NCBI RefSeq assembly: GCF_009914755.1
Contig: NC_060928.1
Origin: the human T2T-CHM13v2.0 reference genome, Homo sapiens
DNA: 64,000 nt
Reading direction: 5' to 3' (one strand)
Part shown: piece after piece, positions 1 to 16,849 of the stretch
Layout of the letters: each line of letters begins with the position of its first letter
How positions within the stretch are numbered: the stretch's first letter is position 1
Notes under the pieces: model-generated
What the model was told of the DNA's origin: nothing
Databases searched by the model: none
Seen by the model: the letters and a program-made list of their open reading frames with translations, nothing else
Position numbers and translations under genes: made by a program

Positions 1-643
1 TTAAGCTGCTGTGGCACACAGATTTATGGCAAACTGAAATTCCCATTTCATAATTTAATATTTGTGCTGGAGTTGATGCACCTTTAAGCCCTTGGCCTGT
101 AAATAATTCAGACTCTTTACTTGGTTGTTTTATTTTCAATATTCCTCAGCTTAAAAATAATTTGCATTCTAAATGATGCATCTTAAAAGCCATCTCTTAT
201 TCAACTAGCATTAAATATCAATCTTAATGAGTCAAAAGCCAAACGTAGTAATGAAGGAGAAGAACAAAGAAGGTATTTATTTATCTTCCAGCTCATTTTT
301 AATTCAGTTTTTAAAATTTAAACTATACCATAAGTCTAAATTTTTTTTTGAAAGAAGGCAAGAAACCAAAATGAACCCGCAAAAGGATATTAAGGAACCA
401 TAGCAAGGAACATGAATATATTTTATATCTTTTTCATAGCAGCACATAAGGTGAAGAGCTGGGTGATAAATTTGTAGAGAAGGAACAAAATGAACTTAGA
501 TATTTATCTAAATTAAAATAGATATTTAGCTTTGAAGGTACCTTTTAAAATACAAACAAAAACAAAGCCACAATGTCAATATCATTGTGAACGAGGCATA
601 AAAGGGTCTCATCTGATTTTAGTAAAGGAGATACTGAAATTAC

Positions 644-650
644 CTTGTAT
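644..650 (-). other. Candidate 7-nt microexon (ATACAAG)
   Basis: Minus strand reads gtttcttttgtacag|ATACAAG|gtaatt, with a 54-nt AG-free zone upstream of the acceptor. Based on splice motifs only. Confidence 0.35.
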
Positions 651-1206
651 CTGTACAAAAGAAACATTTCAATATACAATTTCAATATTTTAGAGTAATA
701 AAAATGCTACTAAAAGATGTATGATCTGGTGTCTTTACAAGTTACAACTTTATTATCTTTATCCAGTAAAGAGTTTTGTCTAATTCAAATAATGCCTTGA
801 GAAGATAATCATTAAACAAATACCCTTCTATTTTATAAGGAAAGTCAAGCATAAATATGCATATAACTTATACATTCATTTATGATCTTAAAATTAGAAA
901 AAGGCTAAGAAAGCCATTTATCTAATTTAGGTAGTTTCTCCCCAAATGGTTTAACACTGCTTTGGCTAAATTTCTATACTCAAAATAATTTTTGCACCTT
1001 TATGCCAACAATATTCAAATTGTTTTTTCTTCAAAATATTTATATTTAGTTCTTCCTTACATGTACGGTATAGAAAAAAATCATAATATAAATTTTCCCT
1101 TTATAATTTTTTCATTTAGATTGAAAATATTCCCAATTACTTCTCAAAAAGTTGTGACAATAACATGCTATTGTCGCTGAATTAAGCTATAAAGTATTTC
1201 TGTCAG

Positions 1207-1490
1207 GGCCAGGCAAAGTGGATTATGCCTGTAATCCTAGCAATTTGGGAGGCTGAGGCAGGAGGATCACTTGAGGCCAGGAATTCCAGACCAGACTGGG
1301 AAATACAGCAAGATCCCATCTCTACAAAAAATAAAATTAGATGACTGAGGTGGCATGTGCCTGTAGTTCCGGCTACTCCAGAGGCTGAGGTGGGAGGACT
1401 GCTCGAGCCCAGAAATTGTTTGAGGCTGCAGTGAGCTATGACTGCACCACTGTACTTCAGGTTGGGCAACAGAGACTTTTTTTTTTTTTT
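1207..1490 (+). mobile_element. Alu (J-like), 3' end replaced by T14
   Basis: Dimeric Alu sequence with degenerate TSD aagtatttctgtc / aagtatttttgtc. Confidence 0.93.
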
Positions 1491-1738
1491 AAGTATTTTT
1501 GTCTAATGTTCCCCATATTGATTCTCTATAGTCATAAGCTTTCTATTCCTTACTAGAGAGTTAAAATTTAAGTCACCACTAATAAAAAACTAACTTTAAA
1601 TATATTGGAATATTTCACAATAAGTACTTTAAAACAACCAATGGGCAGAAACTCTCTTTCTTCTCAATGCCAATTCTTCCTTCATGAACTCCATCTTTGA
1701 TGGGTATCAAAAGCCCTCCCTAAAAAAGTGTTTTACTT

Positions 1739-2100
1739 CTCATAGAAGTAAAAAGTAAAACAGAGGATACTAGAGGTTGGAAAGTGAGGTGGGAAGCAAG
1801 GAAAGTGAGGTGGGAAGCAAGGAACATGGAAAGATTTGTTAAAAGATACAAAATTACAGTTAGACAGTAATAAGTTCTAGTGTTCTATACCACTGTAGAA
1901 TGACTCCAGTGAACAATAACATATAGTTTCAAACAGCTAGAAGTAGGATAGTGAATGTTCCCAACATGAAGAAAGGATGTTTGACATGATTAATATGCTA
2001 ATTACCCTGATCTGATTACTATACATTATGTGTATACAACATCTTTATGTACCCCATGAATACGTACAACTGTTGCTTAAAATTTTTTAAAAATAAAATG
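1739..2100 (+). mobile_element. L1MA-type 3' end fragment
   Basis: Resembles an L1MA 3'UTR (ctcatagaagta...taccctgatctgattact...). Contains a 21-bp tandem duplication ggaaagtgaggtgggaagcaa at 1779-1820. Confidence 0.75.
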
Positions 2101-2138
2101 ACCAAAGGTAAAGTTAAAAAAAAAAAAATCCCCCCTTG

Positions 2139-2479
<341 letters not shown>

Positions 2480-3175
2480 TCAAGTTAGAGTAATATCAGT
2501 TTACTGATAGACTATTCTGTGTAGCAGATACAATATGATTTAGCCACTGGAAGTTTCTCTGTTACCTAAGCTACTTAAACAAATTAAAGGGAAAACCTTT
2601 GTTTATCTTGAAGAAATTTGCTTTTGTTCTTTGAACACAGCAAGCAAGAGAAATGAAAAGCAAAATGGAAAGGAAAAATTAGGAACATAGAACTTGATGC
2701 TAAGAGCCTAAAATCCCCAGGATACATTTTTCCTAATCAGAGGGAAATACTTTTCTACTTTTTTAAAATTAGTACCTGCCTCCTACTAAATATTAAGCTT
2801 GTTTAGTTGGAGTCAGTTATAAATGAATAGTACAGATTTGTATTCACTTCCATAATAGAGCATGGAACTAAATGCTATGCTCACATTTGCCTTCAGACGT
2901 AATCTTCCAAAAAGCCATTTTCTTAAAGGACCTATATGTAATAGAACATTATGAATAAAACTTAAATAAGACTTTTGGGGTTAACCTCATTTCATTGCGT
3001 AACTCCATATTGTTGCACAATCCTCACTAGATTGGAGTTCATACTTTAACTGGAGTTCTTATGACACTACATCACTAGTCTTAGTCATCTTTCTATTCAC
3101 AGTATCTAGCACAATACTGAAGAGACTGACTGATGGATGGAGGGCCAACTCAGCTTCACTAAGTGTCTACAATCA

Positions 3176-3460
3176 GGCCAGATGTGGTGGCTCACGTCTG
3201 TAATACCAGCACTTTGGTAGGCCAAGGTGGGAGAATCACTTGAGCTCAGGAGTTCAAGATCAGCTGGGCAACACAGCAAAACCCCGTCTCTGCTAAAAAA
3301 TGCAAAAATTAGCTGGAGGTGGTGGTGTGTGCCTGTGGTCCCAGATACTAGGGCGGCTGAGGCAGGAGAATCACTTGGGCCTGGGATGCAGAAGGTGTAG
3401 TGAGCCAAGGTCGTGCCACTGTACTGGGCAATAGAGCAAGACCCCATCTCAAAAAAAAAA
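3176..3460 (+). mobile_element. Alu (J/S)
   Basis: Full dimer, poly(A), TSD gt(g/a)tctacaatc. Confidence 0.95.
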
Positions 3461-3584
3461 GGTATCTACAATCTAAGATTCTGGGAACACATGAACATAA
3501 ACACAGCAAAAAACAAAAGGGGGAAGAAGAGTAAAATGGAAAACTACAACATAAAAATTTTTAAAAATCAAATTCAAGGGTCAG

Positions 3585-4400
3585 AATACTTCCACTTTTG
3601 ATGAAGATGGAGTAACAGGGCCTGGATTTATCCTACCTAAACAATATGCAAAATGAACATAATATACTGAAAAGTTGTTTTCAAAATATTAAATATTAAG
3701 CAATAAAAAACAGTGATTCCTGAAAAACAGGAAACAAAATTGTGACACCTATTAATGCCCAAGCACACCATCTGGAAAGACTTTGCAGGGCCCAGAGGAA
3801 AATAGAGAAACGTAGTTAGAACGTAATGGTCTCCTGCAGTAGAGAAAACAGAGCTTGAAGTACAGGGAGATCAAGGCATCAAAAGCTTGCAGGGCAGAGT
3901 AGCAGATCAGAGAGAGCTGCAAAGCAACAGAGCTCCAGAGATCTGCAGCCTTCAGCTGAGTACTGACCAAGCTATGAAAGAAAACAATGTGAGACCAGTG
4001 AAAGAATCATCCTAAGAAATTACAATGAACAGTACTCAGAGCTCACACAGAATGTAAAAATCTCATGATTCATGGAGCACTGTAGAGACTACTCAAAAGG
4101 GTTTTGCCACAGAAGTGGGGGAAAGTTAGCTCTAGACTTAATGCTGCTCTAGTTCTCCCTAAAAATCTTAAAACCAAGCTCCAGATGGATCAAACTATTT
4201 CTAAGTAACTTAACTGTATCCCAGAACAATGTATTATAAGGAATGCAAAAATATCCACCACACAACTAGGCAAAAATCACTACAACTGGCATTCAATTCA
4301 TAATTACTGGGCCTGTAAAAGAAGCAAAACAACATGACCCACATGAGGAGAGAACTTAATTAAACAAAACTCTCCTAGAAATGACCATCAACAGAATTTT
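3585..4400 (+). mobile_element. Old L1M 5' region (host of the L1PA4 insertion)
   Basis: Degenerate resemblance to mammalian-wide L1 5' sequences. Old L1 ORF2-like sequence follows after 10436. Confidence 0.5.
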
Positions 4401-4412
4401 TAGAAAAAGACA

Positions 4413-4865
4413 TCAAGGGGAGCCAAGATGGCCAAATAGGAACAGCTCCAGTCTACAGCTCCCAGTGTGAGCAACACAGAAGACGGGTGATTTCTGCATT
4501 TCCAACTGAGGTACCGGGTTCATCTCACTGGGGTGTGCCAGACAGTGGGTGCAGGACAGTGGGTGCAGCGCACCGTGCGTGAGGCGAAGCAGGGCAAGGC
4601 ATTGCCTTACCCGAGAAGCGCAAGGGGTCAGGGAATTCCCTTTCCTAGTCAAAGAAAGGGGTGACAGACGGCACCTGGAAAATTGGGTCACTCCCACCCT
4701 AATACTGCGCTTTCCCAACGGGCTTAAAAAATGGCACACAAGGAGATTATATCCCGCACCTGACTCAGAGGGTCCTACACCCACGGAGTCTCGCTCATTG
4801 CTAGCACAGCAGTCTGAGATCAAACTGCAAGGTGGCAGCGAGGCTGGGGGAGGGGTGCCCAACAT
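4413..4865 (-). CDS. L1 antisense ORF0-like ORF, 150 aa
   Basis: MLGTPPPASLPPCSLISDCCASNERDSVGVGPSE... resembles primate L1 ORF0. The frame stays open to a TGA inside the TSD. Translation is unproven. Confidence 0.45.
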   Translation of the reverse strand: MLGTPPPASLPPCSLISDCCASNERDSVGVGPSESGAGYNLLVCHFLSPLGKRSIRVGVTQFSRCRLSPLSLTRKGNSLTPCASRVRQCLALLRLTHGALHPLSCTHCLAHPSEMNPVPQLEMQKSPVFCVAHTGSCRLELFLFGHLGSP

Positions 4866-5479
4866 TGCCCAGGCTTGATTAGGTAAACAAAGCAGCCAGG
4901 AAGCTCGAACTGGGTGGAGGCCACCATAGCTCAAGGAGGCCTGCCTGCCTCTGGAGGCTCCACCTCTGGGGGCATGGCACAGACAAACAAAATGACAGCA
5001 GTAACCTCTGCAGACTTAAATGTCCCTGTCTGACAGCTTTGAAGAGAGTAGTGGTTCTCCCAGCATGCAGATTGAGATCTGAGAACAGGCAGACCGCCTC
5101 CTCAAGTGGGTCCCTGACCCCCGAGTAGCCTAACTGGGAGGCACCCCCCAGTAGGGGCGGACTGACACCTCACACGGCCGGGTACTCCCCTGAGACAAAA
5201 CTTCCAGAGGAACGATCAGGCAGCAGCATTGGCAGTTCACCAATATCCGCTGTTCTGCAGCCACCGCTGCTGACACCCACGCAAACAGGGTCTGGAGTGG
5301 ACTTCTACCAAACTCCAACAGTTTGGTAGAACTGGGTCTGGAGTGGACTCTACCAAACTCTCTGCAGCTGAGAGTCCTGTCTGTTAGAAGGAAAACTAAC
5401 AAACAGGAAGGACATCCACACAAAAAACCCATCAGGACATTACCATCATCAAAGACCAAAGGTAGATAAAACCACAAAG
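4416..5479. promoter_or_regulatory. L1 5'UTR: internal sense promoter and antisense promoter
   Basis: Homology to the L1PA 5'UTR. CpGs are partly decayed and activity is unknown. Confidence 0.6.
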
Positions 5480-6498
5480 ATGGGGAAAAAACAGAGCAGA
5501 AAAACTGGAAACTCTAAAAAATCAGAGCACCTCTCCTCCTCCATAGGAACGCAGCTCCTCACGAGCAACGGAACAAAGCTGGACGGAGAATGACTTTGAC
5601 GAGTTGAGAGAAGAAGGCTTCAGATGATCAAACTACGCTGAGCTACAGGAGGAAATTCGAACCAATGGCAAAGAAGTTAAAAACTTTGAAAAAAAATTAG
5701 ACGAATGGATAACTAGAATAACCAATGCAGAGAAGTCCTTAAAGGACCTGATGGAGCTGAAAACCAAGGCACGAGAACTAGGTGATGAATGCACAAGCCT
5801 CAGTAGCCGATGCGATCAACTGGAAGAAAGGGTATCAGTGATGGAAGACAAAACGAATGACACGAAGCAAGAAGAGAAGTTTAGAGAAAAAAGAATAAAA
5901 AGAAATGAACAAAGCCTCCAAGAAATATGGGACTATGTGAAAAGACCAAATCTACATCTGACTGGTGTACCTGAAAGTGATGGGCAGAATGGAACCAAGT
6001 TGGAAAACACTCTGCAGGATATTATCCAGGAGAACTTCCCCAATCTAGCAAGGCAGGCCAACATTCAAATTCAGGAAATACAGAGAACGCCACAAAGATA
6101 CTCCTCGAGAAGAGCAACTCCAAGACCCATAATTTTCAGATTCACCAAAGTTGAAATGAAGGAAAAAAATGTTAAATGCAGCCAGAGAGAAAGGTCGGGT
6201 TACCCACAAAGGGAAGCCCATCAGCCTAAAGGCTGATCTTTCAGCAGAAACTCTACAAGCCAGAAGAGAGTGGGGGCCAATATTCAACATTCTTAAAGAA
6301 AAGAATTTTCAACCCAGAATTTCATATCCAGCCAAACTAAGCTTCATAAGTGAACAAGAAATAAAATACTTTACAGACAAGCAAATGCTGAGAGATTTTG
6401 TCACCACCAGGCCTGCCCTAAAGGAGCTCCTGAAGGAAGCATTAAACATGGAAAGGAACAACTGGTACCAGCCACTGCAAAAACATGCCAAATTGTAA
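5480..6498 (+). pseudogene. L1 ORF1p remnant (frameshifted)
   Basis: ATG GGG AAA at 5480. Pieces MELKTKAREL..., EIWDYVKRPNL and ARREWG...QKHAKL are split across frames. Confidence 0.95.
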
Positions 6499-6561
6499 AG
6501 ACCATCAAGGCTAGGAAGAAACTGCATCAACTAACGAGCAAAATAGCCAGCTGACATCATA

Positions 6562-9869
<3,308 letters not shown>

Positions 9870-10072
9870 AAAATAAGAACACATGGACACAGGAAGGGGA
9901 ACATCACAAACCGGGGACTGTTGTGGGGTGGGGGGAGGGGAGGGATAGCATTAGGAGATATACCTAATGCTAAATGACGAGTTAATGGGTACAGCACACC
10001 AACATGGCACATGTATACATATGTAACAAACCTGCAAATTGTGCACATGTACCCTAAAACTTAAAATAATAA

Positions 10073-10434
<362 letters not shown>

Positions 10435-10435
10435 C

Positions 10436-12270
10436 CAAGTAGATTTTAGAGCAAAACATTTAATTAGGGATAAAGAGGGTCATTTTATAATAATATCATT
10501 TCATCAAGAGGCTTTATTTAACTATCCTAATTGTTTATGATCTGAATAACAGAGCTTCAAAACACAAGAAGCAAAAACTGAGAGAACTGAAAGAAGAAAC
10601 ACATGAACCCACAATATAAACATTTCAACATTCCTCTGTAATTAATAAAACAAGAAGATTGAAAAATCAATAAAGATACAAAGGAGTTGAACAAGACCAT
10701 CAACCAACAGAACCTAACTGACATTTATAGAACAGTCCAACCCCAGAGCAAGGTTACGAAAAGCATATTTTGGGCTAAAATTCAAGTTGCAATAAATTTA
10801 AGACTCAAATCAGATAAAGTATATTCTCTGACTACAATAGAAGTAAATTAAAAATCAGTAACAATAGATTGTTTGCACAGCATGGTGACTATAGTTAATG
10901 GTAATGTACTGTTTATTTCAAAATTGCTAAAAGAGATTTTAAACATTCTTACCACAAGATATAAGTATGTGAGTTAATGAATATATTAATTAGCCAGATT
11001 TTATCATTCCACAAAATATACATATTATTAAAACATCACACAGTACCCTATATATACCATTATTATTTTTCAATTAATAAGAAAATTTAAAAAAAGCTAT
11101 CTGGAAAAGGCCCCAAATTTGAAAATTAAATAGTACACATCTAAATAACCTATGAGTAAGAGAAAAAAACGAAAAGGAAATTAGCAAGTATTTAAAATTG
11201 GATGAAAATGAAAACACAATTTTAAAAAATTCTAGAATACAGCTAAAGCAGTACTTAGAGGGAAATTTACAGCACTAAATGCATATATTAATGTGAAAGA
11301 AAGATCTCTTTTCAGTGATTTTGACATCCCCTTTAGGAAAAAAGAAAAATAAGAGCAAGTTAAACCCAGATTAAGCAGAGAAAGGAAATAATAAAAATCA
11401 AAAGAATAGAAAACCAAAAAAAAAAAAGAGAGAAATATCACTAAAACCTAAAGCTGTTTTTGTGTTTTGTTTTGTTTTTTTAAAAAAAGATCAATAAAAT
11501 TGATAAACCTCTGACCAGAGATTAGGGAAAAAAAATAGATGTAAATCACGAATATCAGGAATTATAACAGGAATTACCAATATTAGGAGAGAAGAGACAT
11601 CAAAACAGATTTTTAGACATTAAAAGGATAAGGGGATATCATAAACAAATAGTTTGGACTACTTTGATGCGATGAACAGATCTCTTGAAAGACACAAACT
11701 TGGCCAGGTCCTGTGGCTCACGCCTGTAATCCCAGAACTTTGGGAGACAGAAGCAGGCAGATTACTTGAAGTCTGGAGTTCGAGACCAGCCTGGCCAACA
11801 TGGTGAAACCGCATCTCTACTAAAAATACAAAAACAGCCAAGTGTGGTGGCACATGCCTGTAATCCCAGGGACTTGGGAGGCTGAGGCAGGAGAATTGCT
11901 TGAAACCAGGAGGGAGGTGGAGGTTGCAGTGAGCCGAGATCACGCCACTGCCCTCCAGCCTGGGCGGCAGAGTGAGACTCCATCTCAAAAAAAAAGAGAA
12001 AGATACAAACTACCAAACCCCTTTCAAGAAGAAATAGATTGCATAAATAATACAATATCTAATAAAGAAGTTAAATTTGTAGTTTAAATCTTCCCAAAAA
12101 GTAAACTCCAGGCTCAGCAGACTACACTGGTAAATTCTACCAAATATTTAAGGAAGAAACTCTATACAAACTTGTCCAGAATATTAAAGAGGAAAGAATA
12201 CGTGCCAACTCGTTCTATGAGGTCAGCATTATCCAGATGTCAAAACCAGACAAACACAGTATAAGTAAAA
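10436..12270 (+). mobile_element. Old L1M ORF2 fragment, interrupted by an L1MA-type 3' piece (~10870-11090) and an Alu
   Basis: Degenerate EN-to-RT-like sequence (gataaagagggtcatttt; gctaaagcagtacttagagggaaattta; ttctatgaggtcagcatt). Confidence 0.8.
11702..11995 (+). mobile_element. AluS
   Basis: Full dimer with TSD gaaaga(c/t)acaaact. Confidence 0.96.
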
Positions 12271-12603
12271 AGGCAGTCTGCACTTAAATATTTGTAAAAT
12301 TTCTCTGTCTTGAGACTTACTGTGGATACCCTACAAAATAAATATATTAAATGTCTTCTCATACTACCTTCCCACTCTTGTACCTTCACAAATTGTCACT
12401 CAATGCACCCATCTTTCTCTCGGATTTCTCAAAAACATCTACGCAGTTTCCTTTTGTAGTACATTCCAACTTGACTTCCTTTGGATTTCAACAGAGTGGA
12501 ATTCTTAGCCTTCTTAGTTTACACTGAGTGATTTCATCCCGAATCACTGCTTCTATTGTTGCCAAAGCACGCTGGGGTGTGAGATGTAGAGCTAAGATAT
12601 TAG

Positions 12604-13004
<401 letters not shown>

Positions 13005-13474
13005 TAACCTCTCAAATTCAACACATCCAAAAACGAACTCACTACCACCCCTCAACAGCTGTCATTAGTCCAATTGAGACTATTTCAGTTAGCAGAGCCA
13101 TAAACACCATGTAAGCCAAACAAAAACTTAGTTATGCTAAATACTACATCTCACTCCTTTTGACCCTCACTCACCTCTCAATGAACTACTTCACTTGACT
13201 CTATCTCCCTTCTGCTTTTAGTCATATAGGGTAAAACCTACTTTAGAAGAGGTTCTTATCATCTTTTACCATTTTCATAGACATATCTTATATTCTAAAC
13301 ATGTCATACAACATAACACTCCTTCAATCACGCCATGCTGCTTCATGCTTAAGCATCTCCCAGTGTGATGGTCTTCCTAACTGCAATGCAGCTTCTTTCA
13401 ACGTGCACCACCAAGGAGGTGGTGGCAGTGGTTGTATTAAAGTAGTACCAGACAGTAATAGCGGTAGCAGCAAC

Positions 13475-13700
13475 AAACACAACTTACTTAGATCTCATTG
13501 TATCCCAGGATCTATGCTAAGTGATTCAATTCAGTTATTTCAGCTAACTCTCAAAATGGCACTGTGAAATCGATGTCATTTTCACCATTTTATAAATTAA
13601 CAAACAGTCTTTGAGAGGTTAGATGACGCAGTCAAAATCACATAACTAGTAAGTAGTGTAGCCAAGTCTATCAGACTTCTGACATTATGCTCTGAGCCAC
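13475..13700 (-). mobile_element. MIR
   Basis: Degenerate MIR core (ccattttata...gagaggtta...cacataactagtaagt). Confidence 0.6.
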
Positions 13701-14214
13701 TATATAATACTCCCACCACAGAGAACTTCTCATCCTTAAAGGCCAAGCCAAGATTTTGCAAAAGCTCTGACTTCTCAAACAGATGTGCTACCACAGGCCT
13801 CTTACAAATTGTAAATGTCTCCCTCACTAGACAATTACTGAAGGCAGATACTAAACAGTACTTATTTTAGTAATTCCAGTGCTATTGGTACATCACAGAA
13901 CTCAATAAATGTATACCCAATGAATTAATGATGAGATTAACAATTTCAGTTGAAACAGATTCCTCATCTTCCACTCCATGTTTCTATAATTAGTTTCAAA
14001 ACTGAACAGAAAAGAGAGATCTTTAGGCTTTTTAAAATAGCGAACTGTGTATTTCAGCCCCTGGTAAGGGCATTGGGGAGGCCATAATCAAGGTTAGCCA
14101 AATTTGTTGTATCTGGAGAAAGTGGTTCAAATGACCTTTCATAACTACTAAGGAACTGGAAACTTATGATTTAGATCATTTAAAAGGAACTTATTATAAG
14201 AATTAAAAAGTGAG

Positions 14215-14552
14215 TGTTATGAACTGAATGTGTCTTTCCAAAATATGTTGAAATCCTAACTTCCAACGTGATGGCAACAGGAGGTGATTTGGACTTTGGG
14301 AGGTGAACAAGTACTTAGAGGAGAGCCCTCATGAATGGGATTATAATAAGAGACTCCAGAAAGCTCTCTAGCCCTCTTTCCACCAGGTAAGGATAGAATC
14401 AGGAGTCAGCAGTCTAGGGCTCCACACCAGAATCTACCATGCTGGCATCCTAATCTCAGACTTTCAGCCTCCAGAACTGTGAGAAATAAATTTCTGTTGT
14501 TTATAAGCCACCCAGTCTATGGTACTTTGTTATAGCAGCCCAAACAAAGACA
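14215..14552 (+). mobile_element. MaLR solo LTR (MLT1A-like)
   Basis: TG...CA ends; cagcctccagaactgtgagaaataaatttctgttgtttataagccacccag. Confidence 0.85.
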
Positions 14553-15379
14553 GTGCTTTTTGAGAAAAAAAAAAAAAAAAAAAAAAGATGAAGAGTCCTT
14601 GTTCTGCAGTGAATTATTAGAACCTAAAAGAAACATGTTTCTGAACACCTTCACCTCCCCCCAAAAAAGGGAACAGGTAATAAAAATATGCAATGTAGAT
14701 TTGCTATATTATGTAAGAATATTCAATTCTGCTTTAGAAGACAAGAAAACAAATGTGATAGATGAACACAAAAGAAACATTAAACATTAATAGTAACATA
14801 ATAGCTTCCAAGATGTAGGCAAAAAGTCATAGGCTATGTTAAGTATAGGTAAGGAAGTAAGTGGCTTATGAGAGACAGACAAAATTCAAATGATGTTAAA
14901 TACGTACAGTCAATTTAAAGTTTGAAATCAGCAAGACCTGTCAAAGACAGAATACATTGAATGTATGATGGCACACAAAAAAAGTGCTATTTACAGATGG
15001 ATGGAAAGACCACCTCAAGGTATAATCATACTACCTCTGTGCTGGGTCTCTCATATTTCTGCAGATCTTAGAGGAAAGTAGTAATTGCCATCTTATATGA
15101 CACACTGTTTTCAAGGATGTTTGCATAATTAATAGCCTTGGAAGAGACAGTATCTCAGTTTACAGCAATGGGCAGGTTTGTTTACTGTCCAGTATAAGAA
15201 AGGTAATGATGCTTTATAAGGCAGAGGCCAGATCTTACTGCCCATTGTAAAAATTTTAGGTTCTCTACAGTTGAGGTTGCTTAACTGGGATGTAAACTCA
15301 CTGGGAACACAGCATCCACCTGGGTCCCACCTGGGTCCTCATTGGGAACACAGCACCCACCTGGGTCTGTTCATGATGC

Positions 15380-15728
15380 CCTAATAAAATACTGCAGACT
15401 AGGTGGCTTAAACAACAGGTGTGATTTCTTGGAGTTCTGGAGGCTGGGAAGTCCAAGATCAAGTTGCCAGCCAGTTTGGTTCCTGCTGAGGGCTCTCCTC
15501 CTGGCTTGCAGATGACTTCCTGCTCCCTGTCCCCTCACATAGTGGAGACAGAGAATTTCTCTTTCATCGTCTTCTTATAAGGCCAAAGTCCTATCAGATT
15601 GGGGCCGCATCCTTATGACCTCATTTACTCTTCATTACCTCCTAAAGAGTCTATCTCCAGATTCAGTCACACTGGGGGTTACAGCTTCAACATATAAATT
15701 TTGGGGAAATACACATCAGTCCATAGCA
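15380..15728 (-). mobile_element. MaLR LTR (MLT1A/B-like)
   Basis: ggtggcttaaacaacag...ttctggaggctgggaagtccaagatcaag...cagtccatagca. Confidence 0.8.
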
Positions 15729-15905
15729 TCTCCAACAAGTCACTCCATGAAACTTGGGGATGCGAGGGAAATAGACACTAACAAGATGCTTACTCTGCTT
15801 GTGCTGTAAGTCTTTGTCCCTAACCTTTGTCCTATGTCTTCTGCCAACATCTAAGAAACTGTGGCAAGATAAATTGTTAGCTTGCATTTCAGACCTTTCA
15901 TAGTT

Positions 15906-16234
<329 letters not shown>

Positions 16235-16849
16235 TGACAACCTGGATGATATCTATGCCGGCTTTAAATTGCCCACCCATTGATAATACCCAGTATAGCC
16301 CCACTCTGGCCCCTGTGGTTTTATCTGCACAAGAAATGCAGAAAAAAACTTGTAAAACTATTCAGCAGGTTAATTGGTTGGCTCCAGCTATGACCAGGGA
16401 TAGCTGCTGCTGTGTGTCTCTAATAGAGCTGGTGTGTTTCATTGGACCGGAACACTTTCCTTCTGTGGTCTCCCTTGTACTCAAACCTCAATTCTGGCAC
16501 TTGTAACATCAAAGAAAGGCATACGAGGCAGAAAAAGAGACAGGACATATAAATGTTACATGAACCAGGACTCAAGAACTCTGATCTTTCTACCTGCTTG
16601 CATTCGATCCGAAGTATATTAACTTATCCCAACTCTCTTCCATTTCTTCTTATTGCGTATGTTAAATTGATTTAATGAATCATCTGCTTTGAGAAGCTTA
16701 TTTGATCTGTGAGCCCTTCTGTTCTGTGAAATCTGGGACGACTTGCCTGGTAGTGTACTAGGAGGCAACATTGCATTAGGTAATTTCCCACAGAACAGGT
16801 TCATAGCTAACCTTTATCTCGCCTTAAACTACCGTTGAAAAAAATTATT

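Noticed and set aside
14565-14586. Orphan poly(A) after the MLT1A LTR
   Set aside because: No TSD or retrocopy body is visible; treated as a simple homopolymer.
16619-16804. 61-aa minus-strand ORF in unique-looking sequence
   Set aside because: No convincing splice sites or recognisable homology, and the length is within chance.
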